From Eledone cirrhosa (taxonomy: Eukaryota): DNA of 64,000 nucleotides. The position numbers and the translations under genes are program-made. Below are positions 12,720 to 26,631 of the stretch, in pieces. The notes beneath the pieces were generated by a model that did not search any database, was not told the DNA's origin, and worked only from the letters and a program-made list of their open reading frames with translations. The first letter of the stretch is position 1. The number at the start of each line of letters is the position of its first letter. The stretch spans positions 87,792,001 to 87,856,000 of the forward strand of contig OZ024744.1 of NCBI GenBank assembly GCA_964016885.1. The letters are read 5' to 3'.

Positions 12720-14520
12720 AGGATGGTAATGGCGGTGATGGCGGTGGTGGTGATGATGGCGATGGTGATGGTTGTGATGATGGTGGTGAGGGTGATGGCG
12801 GTGATGATGGTGATGGTGATGATGGTGATGGTGATGGTTGTGATGATGGTGGTGAGGGTGATGGCGGTGATGATGGCGATGGTAATGGTTGTGATGATGG
12901 TGGTGATGGCGATGGTGGTGATGATGGCGATGGTAATGGTTGTGATGATGGTGGTGATGGCGATGGTGGTGATGATGGCGATGGTAATGGTTGTGATGAT
13001 GGTGATGATGGCGATGGTGGTGATGATGGCGATGGTAATGGTTGTGATGATGGTGGTGATGGCGATGGTGGTGATGATGGCGATGGTAATGGTTGTGATG
13101 ATGGTGATGATGGCGATGGTGGTGATGATGGCGATGGTAATGGTTGTGATGATGGTGGTGAGGGTGATGGCGGTGATGATGGCGATGGTAATGGTTGTGA
13201 TGATGGTGGTGAGGGTGATGGCGGTGATGATGGCGATGGTAATGGTTGTGATGATGGTGATGATGGCGATGGCGGTGATGATGACGATGGTAATGGTTGT
13301 GATGATGGTGGTGAGGGTGATGGCGGTGATGATGGCGATGGTAATGGTTGTGATGATGGTGGTAATGGCGATGGCGGTGATGATGGCGATGGTAATGGTT
13401 GTAATGATGGTGATGATGGCGATGGTGGTGATGATGGTAATGGCGATGGCGGTGATGATGGCGATGGTAATGGTTGTAATGATGGTGATGATGGCGATGG
13501 TGGTGATGATGGCGATGGTAATGGTTGTGATGATGGTGATGATGGCGATGGTGGTGATGATGGTGATGATGGCGATGGTGGTGATGATGGTGGTGAGGGT
13601 GATGGTGGTGATGATGGTGGTGATGGCGATAGCGGTGATGATGGCGATGGTAATGGTTGTGATGATGGTGATGATGGCGATGGTAATGGTTGTGATGATG
13701 GTGGTGATGGCGATGGTGGTGATGATGATGGTGATGGTGGTGATGATGGTGGTGAGGGTGATGGCGGTGATGATGGTGATGGTGATGGTTGTGATGATGG
13801 TGGTGAGGGTGATGGCGGTGATGATGGTGATGGTGATGGTTGTGATGATGGTGGTGAGGGTGATGGCGGTGATGATGGTGATGGTGATGGCGGTGATGAT
13901 GGCGATGGTAATGGTTGTGATGATGGTGGTGAGGGTGATGGCGGTGATGATGGTGATGGTGATGGTTGTGATGATGGTGGTGAGGGTGATGGTGGTGATG
14001 ATGGTGATGGTGATGGTTGTGATGATGGTGGTGAGGGTGATGGTGGTGATGATGATGATGATGATGGTTGTGATGATGGTGGTGAGGGTGATGGTGGTGA
14101 TGATGGTGATGGTGGTGGTTGTGATGATGAGGGTGATGGCGGTGATGATGGTGATGGTGATGGTGATGATGATGGGTGAGGGTGATGGTGATGATGGTGA
14201 TGGTGATGATGGTGGTGATGATGGTGATGGTGATGGTGACAGTGGTGATGATGGTGATGGTGTTGATGGTGATGGTGACAGTGATGGTGATGGTGATGGT
14301 GATGATGGTGATGGTGACAGTGGTGGTGATGGTGGTGGTGAGGGTGATGGCGGTGATGGTCTGTGGTGACCAGTCGGTGATGATGGTGTGGTGGTGGTGA
14401 TGGTGATGGCGGTGATGATGGTGATGGTGGTGATGGTGATGGCGGTGATGATGGTGATGGTGGTGATGGCGGTGGTGACAGTGGTGATGATTATGGTGGT
14501 GGTGATGGCGATTGCGGTGA
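12720..14520. repeat. GAT/GGT-derived minisatellite with ~51-bp higher-order unit
   Basis: Unit GATGGTAATGGTTGTGATGATGGTGGTGAGGGTGATGGCGGTGATGATGGC repeated through ~12760-14130. Confidence 0.9.
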
Positions 14521-14551
14521 TGATGATGATCATGATGATGTTGGCGGTGCT

Positions 14552-14584
<33 letters not shown>

Positions 14585-14699
14585 AAGTGTAATGGCGATG
14601 ATGGCTGATGGTGATGAGATGATGATGATGTGGAAAGAAATGGTGGTGATGGTGACGGTGTTATGGTGGTGACGATGATGATGATGATGATGTTGACGG

Positions 14700-14719
<20 letters not shown>

Positions 14720-14775
<56 letters not shown>

Positions 14776-14799
14776 GATGATGATGATGATGACGACGAC

Positions 14800-14862
<63 letters not shown>

Positions 14863-14904
14863 AATGTTGAGGATGATGATGAAGATGATGATGATGATGA
14901 TGAA

Positions 14905-14943
<39 letters not shown>

Positions 14944-15012
14944 GACGATGATGATGATGACGACGATGATGATGATGATGATGATGATGATGATAATGAT
15001 GATGATGATGAT
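14720..15012. repeat. (GAT)n microsatellite
   Basis: Direct inspection. Confidence 0.95.
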
Positions 15013-15461
15013 GTTAAGGATGATGGCGAATGAGGAGAAGGAGCCTGAGTACAGGATGACGAGGTTATAATGACGTAATTGTTGCTGATATTGCTGGTGA
15101 TGTTGTGTAAATGAAAAACGGTGGACGATGATTATGATTATAAGCGGTAAAGATGATGACGACGTCGAAGATGAGGGACAAAAATGAGGACTATGATGAT
15201 TTTTGTTGTTCTTGCTGTTGCCGTCGTGTCGTTGTTTGGATTAAGCTCGGGCCATGTCTCGAAGATTTATGATCGAATGTCCACAAGGCACGATCGAATT
15301 ATTTACTTTCTGCAAAAACCCTGTGCAATTCAGAAACTTTTTAACGGTGCCTCTTCCTTTTCAAAGATGGATAGAATTTGATAGCAATTTGACAGCTATT
15401 AGAAGCAGATCGATCTAGTAAACAATGGTTCGTGCTGACGTCATCAGCTATCTTGTCTCTG

Positions 15462-15975
15462 CTCTACTACCCTAAGTATCGAGCACTCTGGTGCGTTATG
15501 GTCAACCTGGTTTCTTACCACATTTTCTTTGTCTCCATTTAGCTATACTTTTAAAAGTCTTACAGACGTCGTTTTAAATATTGTTGTTCAGAAAAATACG
15601 TGCGCTGTTCAAACATATATATGTTCAAAATCCATTCCAGCCATGGCCATCTATAATTTAATATTATTTTGTTTTTATAGTTACAGTAGACATATTATTC
15701 TATTATGCAACTGTTTTTAAAAGACAGCTTGTGGAAAGAATTGATGTTGAGAAAATAAAGAAAATTTGGCTAGTATTTTTACCATATTAAACCAAGTTGT
15801 TTTCAAAGAGTTATAGCAGACTTAATATCAGAAAGGAGGAGTTAAAAAGCAGAGTACTCGATACTTGGGGTAGTAGAGTGGGTAATATGAAAAATTCAGG
15901 ACACCGACGGCTGAACTCCGTTCGGTTCTAGCTGTTGAAACGGCCGCAACACAGCAATCGGGGTCTTGAATTTTT
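15462..15975. mobile_element. Family B fragments (tail + at 15462-15530; tail - and hairpin at 15850-15975)
   Basis: CTCTACTACCCTAAGTATCGAGCACTCTG and its inverse at 15850-15878; hairpin AAAAATTCAGGAC...GTCTTGAATTTTT. Confidence 0.6.
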
Positions 15976-15986
15976 CACACGCACAT

Positions 15987-16034
<48 letters not shown>

Positions 16035-16092
16035 TGCCATACATACACACACATACACGCACACACACAGACAGACAGACACACACACACAT

Positions 16093-16125
<33 letters not shown>

Positions 16126-16137
16126 CACATACCTATT

Positions 16138-16168
<31 letters not shown>

Positions 16169-16649
16169 TTTTGTGTGTATACATATATATATATGTATAT
16201 AGAGAGCGATTAAGTTATAGATATAGACACATATAAATCATATGAAAGCAGAGAGGATAGAATAAAAAGGAAGGTAGAATAGAAGTAGGGAGAAGTATGG
16301 AGAAACAGAAAAAGAAGAAAAAAACACAGAAAGGAAGGGTGTAGGAAATAGCGAAATGAGGTACAATGAAAGAAAACGATTGTAAAACGGAATAAAAATG
16401 AGGACAAACTAAATGCATTGAATATTATGGAAACAATAGAGTGTCTTTTGTGTGGCCTCCCAGAATGGCAGGTGCTAGCATCAATGTCTCTAATAGCGTT
16501 CACTTGGAAAGAGGCAATGTATGTATACATAGACACACTCATGTATATATATATTTTTTTTTTCTTCGCTCGTTGTTTCCCCAGCCTCACTTTCATATTT
16601 CTTATATTTTTGTTTTCAAATCCCCATTTAATAAAAATACAATGTTTTA

Positions 16650-16707
16650 TTCATTCTGACGACTGAAATCAGATTTATTTGCTTTCAAGAAACCACTGGT
16701 AAATGAA
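16650..16707 (+). ncRNA. Type I hammerhead ribozyme
   Basis: UUCAUU-CUGACGA-cUGAAAuCAGAuuuaUUUGcUUUCAa-GAAA-CCAcUGG-UA-AAUGAA; 6-bp stem I and GUA cleavage triplet. Confidence 0.8.
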
Positions 16708-16826
16708 ATCATTATCTTATGTTGTTTATTACATAACTAATAAGCTCTGTAATCTACATAGAGCACTCTTTTTCCCTCTACCTTTCCGACGGAATTACTT
16801 CATTTACACACACACACTCACACACA

Positions 16827-17153
<327 letters not shown>

Positions 17154-17225
17154 CTATTTTATAATTTCAAACCTGCTCAATGTTTCAAGACATACTTACT
17201 TGATATATAGATATATATATATATG

Positions 17226-17299
<74 letters not shown>

Positions 17300-17474
17300 T
17301 GTGTTAAAGTTTGCTTGAAGCATTGTGAAATGTGTAAAATACGTATTTAAGAAAGCCACAACAATGCAGAGGGAAATCTCGAGGTACGCGTGTATAAATA
17401 TATATATATATGTATGTGTATAGATTTTGTATATATAAGACTTTGTAATAGTATCTGTGAATTTGTCATTTATC

Positions 17475-17557
<83 letters not shown>

Positions 17558-17593
17558 TATACATATATATGTTTCATTCGGGAGAAATCATCA

Positions 17594-17638
17594 TTCCTGA
17601 TGATTTCTCCCGAATGGAGCAGCTCTAGTCCTGTAGAA
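17594..17638 (+). ncRNA. Family E hammerhead, mutated core (GGAG for GAAA)
   Basis: CUGAUGA-uUUCucccGAAu-GGAG-CAG..CUG-UA-GAA; overlapped by fold-back 17575-17616. Confidence 0.55.
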
Positions 17639-17746
17639 GAGTTTTCTATATTAAATATTTCTACTCTGCTTTGTATTGAGAACCTTACTTACTGTGGTTA
17701 CCCCTGATTGAACCCGGGATAAACCTATATATATATTCTCATTCTT

Positions 17747-17782
17747 TCTTCTGATGAAGAACTAGCGTCCGAAACGTTAAGA
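17747..17782 (+). ncRNA. Minimal type I hammerhead ribozyme
   Basis: UCUU-CUGAUGA-aGAAcuagcgUCC-GAAA-CG-UU-AAGA; palindromic AACGUU; weak stem II. Confidence 0.68.
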
Positions 17783-18424
17783 CCTTCTTCCTGCTATTTC
17801 AAGCGTTAACCTAAGTTTATACCGGGTTCAATCGGGGATACCCAAAACATTTGAACACAGAATACCAACTGCTTTGTATTCTTGCTCGCCTAAGTGACCC
17901 ATTTCTGAGTCTTTTTAACCAACATTAAAAAAACTCCTACCATCCATCAGTTCCAGACACGCTACCCTTCTAAGTAACAGTATATCTTCATGTTTTGAGT
18001 AGCCTATTTAACTGTGGATTTTCCGTTCTTCTTCGGAAAAACCACTCTACATACACACGCGCGCGCGCGCGCACACACATACACACACACACACACACAT
18101 TGATATATATAGATGTGTGTGTGTGTGCGTCTGTGTGCATGAGTGTGCGTGTGTGTGTGTTTTCAAGAATATATATGCATGTGTCTACGTTTATATATGT
18201 ATGTATGTATGGAAAGATGAATGGATGGTTGAATGCGTGTGTGTGTGTATATTGTTTTTTCTCACCCAACTTTCGAAACCGATCAACAGAAAAAGGTGTG
18301 CACACTCACAAAAGGCCCCTCATCCTCACATATATATAAGCACGAATGATAAACCGGACACTTATCGACCATATATGCACAAGCAGAAAACTAATAAGAC
18401 TTTCTAATAGTATCTGTGAATTTG

Positions 18425-18919
<495 letters not shown>

Positions 18920-19278
18920 TATATATATGTGTATATGTGCATGTGTGTGCGCGCGTGTATAAATATATATATGTATGTGTATAGATTTTGATGGACTATA
19001 TATATATAAGACTTTGTAATAGTATCTGTGAATTTGTCATTTATCTATTTATATATTATATATATATATGTGTGTATATGTGTGTGTGTGCGCGCGCGTG
19101 TATAAATATATATATATATATGTATGTGTATAGATTTTGATAGACTATATATATATATATTTATATCTATATTTTTAACCGTTGGTCAAATATTGGATAA
19201 ACATTCGATAAACATTGATTGCCAAATAAATTAACTATTGGGATATATAAGATATATATATATAAGATATAACCCAAA

Positions 19279-19477
19279 CCAAACACGATTTCATATCAAA
19301 AACCGGGTGGACCATAATGCACCAGAATATTCGATACTTTGGGTATTAGTGTGGGTCATAAGAAAAGAGTGGACCCCGACGGGAGATCTCAAACCGTTTC
19401 GACGGCTCGGCTATTTCAGTACAGAAATAGCCGTCGAAACGGCTTGAACACTGCCGTTGGGGTCCTGACTCTTTTCC

Positions 19478-19478
<1 letters not shown>
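19279..19478 (-). mobile_element. Hairpin-plus-tail element (family B)
   Basis: Palindrome ~19362-19477 homologous to 11043-11156; reverse-complement tail at 19300-19360. Confidence 0.7.
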
Positions 19479-19510
<32 letters not shown>

Positions 19511-19633
19511 GTGTGTGTGTGCGTGTGTATGTGCGTGTGTGTGTGCGTGATGTGTGTCTGTAAACACCGTATTTCTTTAGAAATACGAAATTTCTATACA
19601 TATCTGTATACAGCTATGCTTGAAGCTAAATTC

Positions 19634-19748
<115 letters not shown>

Positions 19749-19766
19749 GAATGTCTGCATACTTAC

Positions 19767-19838
<72 letters not shown>

Positions 19839-19841
19839 TTA

Positions 19842-19894
<53 letters not shown>

Positions 19895-21155
19895 GTAAGT
19901 ATGCAGAGAGGGAGAAAACAAAAGAGGGAGAAAGAGCGAGAGAGAGAGAAAGAGATCTGCGAATATATTGATTTGTGTCTCCTCTGAAACAATATTTTTC
20001 ACACGTGTCATCACTGACCAATTTTCCAGGCAATAAAGTCACAATTATCGCGATGGTTTCTAAACTTTTAACATTGCATCGTTCTAAATCCCCATTATAA
20101 TTCACTCCCTATACTATGATTGGATTTTTTGAGATGCGTCGGTTGGTCGAGCGTGTTGCTGTTATTCTTACCCCCCACCCCCCACCCCCAATCCCACCCC
20201 CCCACTTCAAACGTCGTTAATAACCAGTTTTTGTCAGATCTTTAGCTGTTATCGTTAAACACGAGGACATAATCACCTTGACTTCACCTCTCTCTAGGCA
20301 TGACGAGAATTTTTCGGCTATTATTAGGACAGCCTATTGATAGGCCACAGTCCTAATTTGCTGGTTATAAATTTCTAATACTTGAATTTCGAAGTATTTT
20401 TCAGGATCAAAACCGTTTGCTAAACTTTTTAGATTTCTTTGGTAATTATGAACCATAACAATTTGGTATTGTCGATCGGCAAATATATCGGTTTAAGTTT
20501 TCTCTGAAACAAATTCTTTTCGCACGTGTTATTTATCAGCAGTTTTGTAGGTAACAAGACCGGAATATTTGCGATGAAATCTATGCCGTTAGTATTGTAT
20601 CGATCTAAATCCCCACAATACATGTTGCTATGAAGTAACACTTATAGTGGAAACGCTCCGTCTAGACAACATACTAAAGTTCACGTCTGATAGTATTTAC
20701 ACTGCTGTCACTTACACTGATCAAAAGAACCATCTGTGTTAGTCCAATATTTTATTTTTACTCAAAGCTTTTTAGACCAATGGTACAATATACTTTGCAT
20801 TCTCACTCTCAAAATAATAATAAAAAAAAAGGATAAATCACAAACGTAAGATTCTATCAATCATAATGGTAAATCACATCTTCCAATAATAATGAACAAT
20901 TTTTTTCATGCAGTCCTGACCATAAATCCTAGCAGAAGCTAGTTGTGTTAGGCACACTTCGAAAACGCGTAAGAAAAATCATCCATTGATACCATTGATA
21001 CGTAGATACATTTTAAATATTTTTCCTAATACAGGAACAGTTGCGACACGAAACCTAATAAACTAAGAGCATCTCTGTAGATTGTGCATCTTGATGATAT
21101 ACACATAAACGTGTGTAAGATTCAGGGAAGCAGATCTTATTATTTATTGTATATA

Positions 21156-21575
21156 GGGCGGTGGATTGGCAGTATCGGTAGAGGGTCGGACACCGTGCTT
21201 TGACGCATTGAGTTACGGCCCTTTATGATCTGAGTTCAAATCCCGCTGAGGTTAACTTTGCCTTTCATCCTCACGGGGTCGATAAAATAAAGTACCAGTA
21301 ATATACCTGAGTTAATTGCTGGCTTTGTGCCAAAAGTAGAAACAATTATTACAAGGTCGGAGTATTGGCAGTATCGGTAGAGAGTCGGCTGCTATGCTTT
21401 GCAGCATAGAGTTACGGCCCTTTACGTTCTGAGTTCAAATCCCGCCGAGGTTTAACTTTGCCTTTTATCCTACAGGGTCGATAAAATAAAGTACTAGTCA
21501 CGCACTGGGGTCGATTTAATCCATTTCCCCCCCCCCAAAAAAAAATTGCTGGCCTTGTGCCTATATAAGAAACCG
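21156..21575 (+). mobile_element. Two tandem SINEs
   Basis: Copies at ~21156-21348 and ~21355-21575. Confidence 0.85.
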
Positions 21576-21926
21576 TTATTTATTACATTTCCCCTCATTT
21601 TCAAATTGATAGTTGGAATTCCTGAAATATATTTGTTTCATAGTCGAAAATAATATCTCAGTCGTCTGGTGAAAATTTTCTAATAAAATTAAATATATGT
21701 TGGTAAAATCAGTTTCCATGCAATAAACATATACAAAAATACGAAAACGTTCCCCTCGTTCAAAATTGATAAAAAACGAACAGATGACGAAGCGAGAAGA
21801 TTGCAGAGGATTACACAAATAATTTGCTTGTTTTGAACTTGAGAAATCCTTTCGGGGTACTGCAATGTAGTTTTGCCACTAAAGCATCAAATAAAAGAAG
21901 TAGCCCTGTTATCAACATCTTGTAAA

Positions 21927-21971
<45 letters not shown>

Positions 21972-22818
21972 ATAAACAATAGCCTCGTGACTGCGAAAGA
22001 ACGTGTCTGTCCAGACGTTGTCATCAACGTGACATAGGAAGAGACGGAGGAAGTAGTAGGCTGAACAACAACAAAAATAAGCAAAGAAAAACCCTGAATA
22101 ACTGTTTGCGTACGTGAGGAGTTTCAATTATAAGCTCCACTACTATTTATTCCTGGTATTAACTGGTTGCAGATTACAAAATAACTCTAGTCCGTTTATA
22201 TCTTTATCATCGGAGCTTAACCATGATATAATGGTTTATTTGAAAAAAAAAAAAGGTATGAGGTGCTGAATGAGGTGGGAATCAATTGTATCACTGATGA
22301 AATAAAATACGAACTCGATAGAAGTAATACATTTGTATACAATTGTTTCAAACTTTCCAAATAAAATATTGATGCCTGAGCAATCCAGAATCTTTATATT
22401 AAAGTACAGCAACAACAACAACAATGTCAGCAGCAACAACAACTACGATAACAATAATGTCAACGACAAAAGCAGCTTGAACCGCAACAGAAACAACAAC
22501 AATAGAAACAACAAGAACAAAACTACGTATTTTTCTTTTTTAGTCGCCAAAAATGCAATTTTAAATTGTTTTTCATATTAAACTAGAGCCAATTCATGTC
22601 ACTGAAATCTAATCAGAAGTGATGGCCACCGTTAAATATCTGTTTCGAAATTATGATGGAGAGATTTATGAAGTTTATACAGATATATAATCTTTGTACA
22701 GACATAAAATAGTCGTAAATCTCAACGCTAAATCCAGATAGTCTCAGACAAAATACAATCACCAAACATAATTCCATGTAATGATACATACGCTTATGCA
22801 ATATGTATATAGCTACAT

Positions 22819-22878
<60 letters not shown>

Positions 22879-22881
22879 ATG

Positions 22882-22914
<33 letters not shown>

Positions 22915-22919
<5 letters not shown>

Positions 22920-23175
22920 GGAGAACGAAGAATCAGTGATGCATCGGAACACAATTTATTACGTATTACAAGGCGAACAGCTCGAGGTGCGATCGGCTTG
23001 TGGATCGAACCTGACTCTGGATTCGCAAGTTCCTGAGATACGTCTAGTGATTTCGAAACAAATTCTCTTTCTGCTGGACTCCGACCCTTCGAATTTTTAT
23101 CATCTGCCATCATCATGTTTGCGCGGCACTTAGATTGGTTGACAGTTCGCGACGTCATCATAGTGCTTGACCATA
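22915..23175 (+). repeat. Unclassified interspersed repeat (family C)
   Basis: AACGAA.AATCAGTGATGCATC.GAAC.CA.TTTATT recurs at ~29510-29750 (+) and ~31010-31065 (-), mostly next to (TA)n. Confidence 0.65.
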
Positions 23176-23232
23176 TAAATAAATATGTGTGTATGTATAT
23201 ATATATACATATATTTATATACACACACACAC

Positions 23233-23289
<57 letters not shown>

Positions 23290-23481
23290 AGAGAGAGATG
23301 GGGGAGAGAAAGGGGGAGAGAGGGCGGAGGAGAGAGAGAGAATATAAATATATACACATACATGCATACACAGGGAGGCTGAGAAATTTATAATTTTTGT
23401 TTTATTCTCAATTAGAAATTATCGGAACAGTGCCGAAATTGAAATAAATATTTTTTTTTAAATATAGAAGAAGAAGAAGAA

Positions 23482-23512
<31 letters not shown>

Positions 23513-23867
23513 AAGAAGAAGAAGAAGAAGAAGAAGAAGAAGAAGAAGAAAGAAGACCGGGGAGGAAGAGGAGGGGCGATAAGAAGAGCAAGAACAACAA
23601 CAACAAGCACAACCACAACAAGAAAAGTTAATATAGAAGGAAATGAGTAGAGTAGATTGTTAGCCTAAATCAGCCAAATGAAATTTGACCTGGTTGAAAA
23701 ATAATGTATATTGTATATAATTTGTTATTTAAGATCATATTCTAATCATGCACTTCTCTTATTGTCTTGATGATTTCCATGTATATATATATATATATAT
23801 ATATACATATATCTATATATATTTATATATATATATATATATATTATATATATTGTATATATATATA

Positions 23868-24057
23868 TAATTGTTTCTACATTTGGCACAAGGCCAGCAA
23901 TTATCCCAGTGTATTATACTGGTACTTTATTTTATCGACCCTGTAAGGATGAAAGGCAAAGTTAACCTCGGCCGGATTTGAACTCAGATCATAAAGGAAG
24001 GTAACTCTATGCTTCAAAGCATGGCGTCCGACCCTCTACCGATACTGCCAATCCAGG
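23868..24057 (-). mobile_element. SINE (dominant family)
   Basis: Full-length copy. Confidence 0.85.
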
Positions 24058-25252
24058 CGGTATATTAGCAGAGTCGTTAGAACGTCAGAAAAATGATTTT
24101 AGCTTTCTGCGCACTAAATGTAAATAGCATGACAATCAACTTTGGCTTCCATCCTTTCAAGATCGAAACATAACGTATCTATTTATTCTGTCCCTATTTT
24201 TCTTTTCTTTTTTTTTTGTTTGTTTCTCTGGAAAAAAATGGTCTTATGTTCAGACCTAGAGTGGGATGGGTTTGAAATGGATAAGACGCGTTGTGCATTA
24301 TAGAAAGATGATCGACCATAGCATCGATATATGAACAAAACTTGTTCATCATGAAAACATGTTATACTTTTTGTTGATAATGTAGTGAAAAGAGTTTTCC
24401 TATTTTGTATACGAGAAAAATATAATAACATTTTGGCAATAATGTTATTTCCAATAGAAAATACGGTTATCGATAGATTGGAAGAATGGTTTATATATTA
24501 CATATGAAATAAAATGGGCAATATTTGAAAGTAGCGGTAAAAGAAAAATTGGTTGCACCTTCGAGACAGAAATATTAGCTGTGAAATTATTTGCTTTGAC
24601 TCCGATAACGATCTTTTCAGTTATAAGGATATTTTATGAAGGCAGTCTCTATGTTCCAGAAATACTTCTAAATTATAGTATTCCAAAACATATTTTAAGA
24701 ATAGAGGCATACGATTTGTTCTGAAAACATTGAAAATGATTTTGAAATAGTTGTCGAATTTGTTTTATATATATTATTTTAATGCAACGAAAGAAATTTA
24801 TTGGTTAATCGTATTGTAGTTGATGTTAAAAAAGACGAACTGAAAAGTTAGTTTTTATCATGTGACATCTTAAAATACTTCTGGTTGTGATACTAATAAG
24901 AAATTTGTGGTATATTTTGAAAACGTTAATATGATTTCCTTTGACTTGACACAGTATTCATTAATTCAAACAGGCATTATATTTGAAGATATCAGTCTAA
25001 ACATATTATTGATAGTAGGAATATTTTAGACAGTAGTGAATTATTAATCATAATCCAAACTTAACGGTTTTAGGCTTTGGCTATCTACAATACTATGTTA
25101 ATACCATAACATATGTCTGATTGGAACAAGACTAAGTAATACTAGGACTGCATTGACGCTATTCTGACACTTTTTTTTTTTTACATTACTATAACTGTTT
25201 CTACAATACTATGACAGTATGGTAATATAAACACTTCTACAGCGGTATATAA

Positions 25253-25648
25253 TGGTTTCTGATTCAGGTACAAGGCCAACAATTTTGAGGGAAAGGGAAA
25301 GTCGATTAAATTGATCCCAGTAGATTACTGGTACTTTATTTTATAGACTCTCTAAGGATGAAAGGCAAAGCTAACCTCGACGGCATTTGAACTCAGAACG
25401 TAAAGGGCCGTAACTCTATGTCACTAACTATGTTGTCCGACGCTCTACTGATTCTGCCAATCCACAGCAGTATATAATTGTTTCTACTTTCGGCACAAGG
25501 CCAGCAATTACCCCAGTGCATTACTGGTGCTTTATTCTATAGACCCCGTAAGGATGAAAGGCAAAGCTAACATCGACGAAATTTGAACTCAGAACGTAAA
25601 GGGCTATAACTCTATGCTACTAACCATGTTCTCCAACGCTCTAACGCT
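25253..25648 (-). mobile_element. Two tandem SINEs
   Basis: Copies at ~25253-25465 and ~25476-25648. Confidence 0.8.
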
Positions 25649-25649
25649 T

Positions 25650-25856
25650 TGGATCGGAGCTTCGGCGGCCCATCTGAGGAGGGAGCCGTGTGAGGTTTGA
25701 TAGCTGTTGCAACGGTTCTCTCTGGCCATCGTACGCGGGAAGGCTTTTGCCGTCTTGTCCGCGAAGCGCAGCACTCCTTCCCCCTTGCCTTAGGCCCAAA
25801 GCGCAATCCTCCTCCCGATTCACACCTCCCCTCTCTTCTGCGACACCAGAGCACTT
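25650..25856 (+). mobile_element. CRE-like LINE 3' fragment
   Basis: Translates as ..LLQRFSLAIVRGKAFAVLS.., matching WLFQRASLAVLRGNAFSIL at ~36320. Confidence 0.7.
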
Positions 25857-25975
25857 GCCATCCACTCCCCTTCCCGCTCTTTTTCTCTTTTTTCTCTATA
25901 TTTCCCTATTCTTTCTTTCCTTTTCTTTCCCTTTTTTATTGCCGTTATTATAGTTGTCATTATTAATATGCACGA

Positions 25976-26112
25976 TATGAGTTCAAATCTCGCCGAGGTT
26001 AACTTTGCCTTACATTCTTTCGGGGTCGATAAAATAAAGTACCAGTCACGCACTGGGGTCGATTTAATCAACTTTCCCCCTCTCCCAGAATAGCTGGCCT
26101 TGTGCCTATATA
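25976..26112 (+). mobile_element. 5'-truncated SINE
   Basis: Begins at TGAGTTCAAATC. Confidence 0.8.
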
Positions 26113-26358
26113 AAAAAAAACATGTGAGGCATATTAAGAAATATAACTAACAAACGAGTCATGAATTCTGGCCCACCCAGTACATACCTATGTCTGTAAC
26201 TGCATTACTATGACATTCTATATAAACTACTATGGTGGTATATATACTCTAATGTGATGACAGCATTCACTAACATATAAACGTATATACACTATATGAT
26301 AGTATCTTCACTATTATGTCAATACCTAAACAATTATGACGCTGTTAACTTATATGCA

Positions 26359-26620
26359 AGGACGTGTCCTAGCGATGTGTTGGACTTACGCCCTTAATGT
26401 CTTGGGTTGTGTATTATGTTCTGGAGCAAAACACTTCATTTCACGTTGCTTCAGTATACTCAGCTAAAAGTACATATCAGCAATAGCGAAGAGATACCCA
26501 GCGATGGACTGGCGTCCTGTCCAGGGGAAGTCTTGTATTCACAGACGCCTCACGCCACGGGCGCCCGGATAAGCACTTCCCCGATGACACTCCGGGCTCG
26601 TGACAGACTTTAGACATTTT
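26359..26620 (+). mobile_element. Second SINE family (degenerate)
   Basis: GAGCAAAACACTTCATTTCAC shared with ~37730-37850; GCGATGGACTGGCGTCCTGTCCAGGG resembles a V-SINE-type domain (from memory, unverified). Confidence 0.55.
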
Positions 26621-26631
26621 TTTAGACTACA

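Noticed and set aside
24230-25070. AT-rich coding-looking stretch (also 37217-37540)
   Set aside because: Short or broken frames with no recognisable motif; a viral or Polinton origin cannot be supported without a search.
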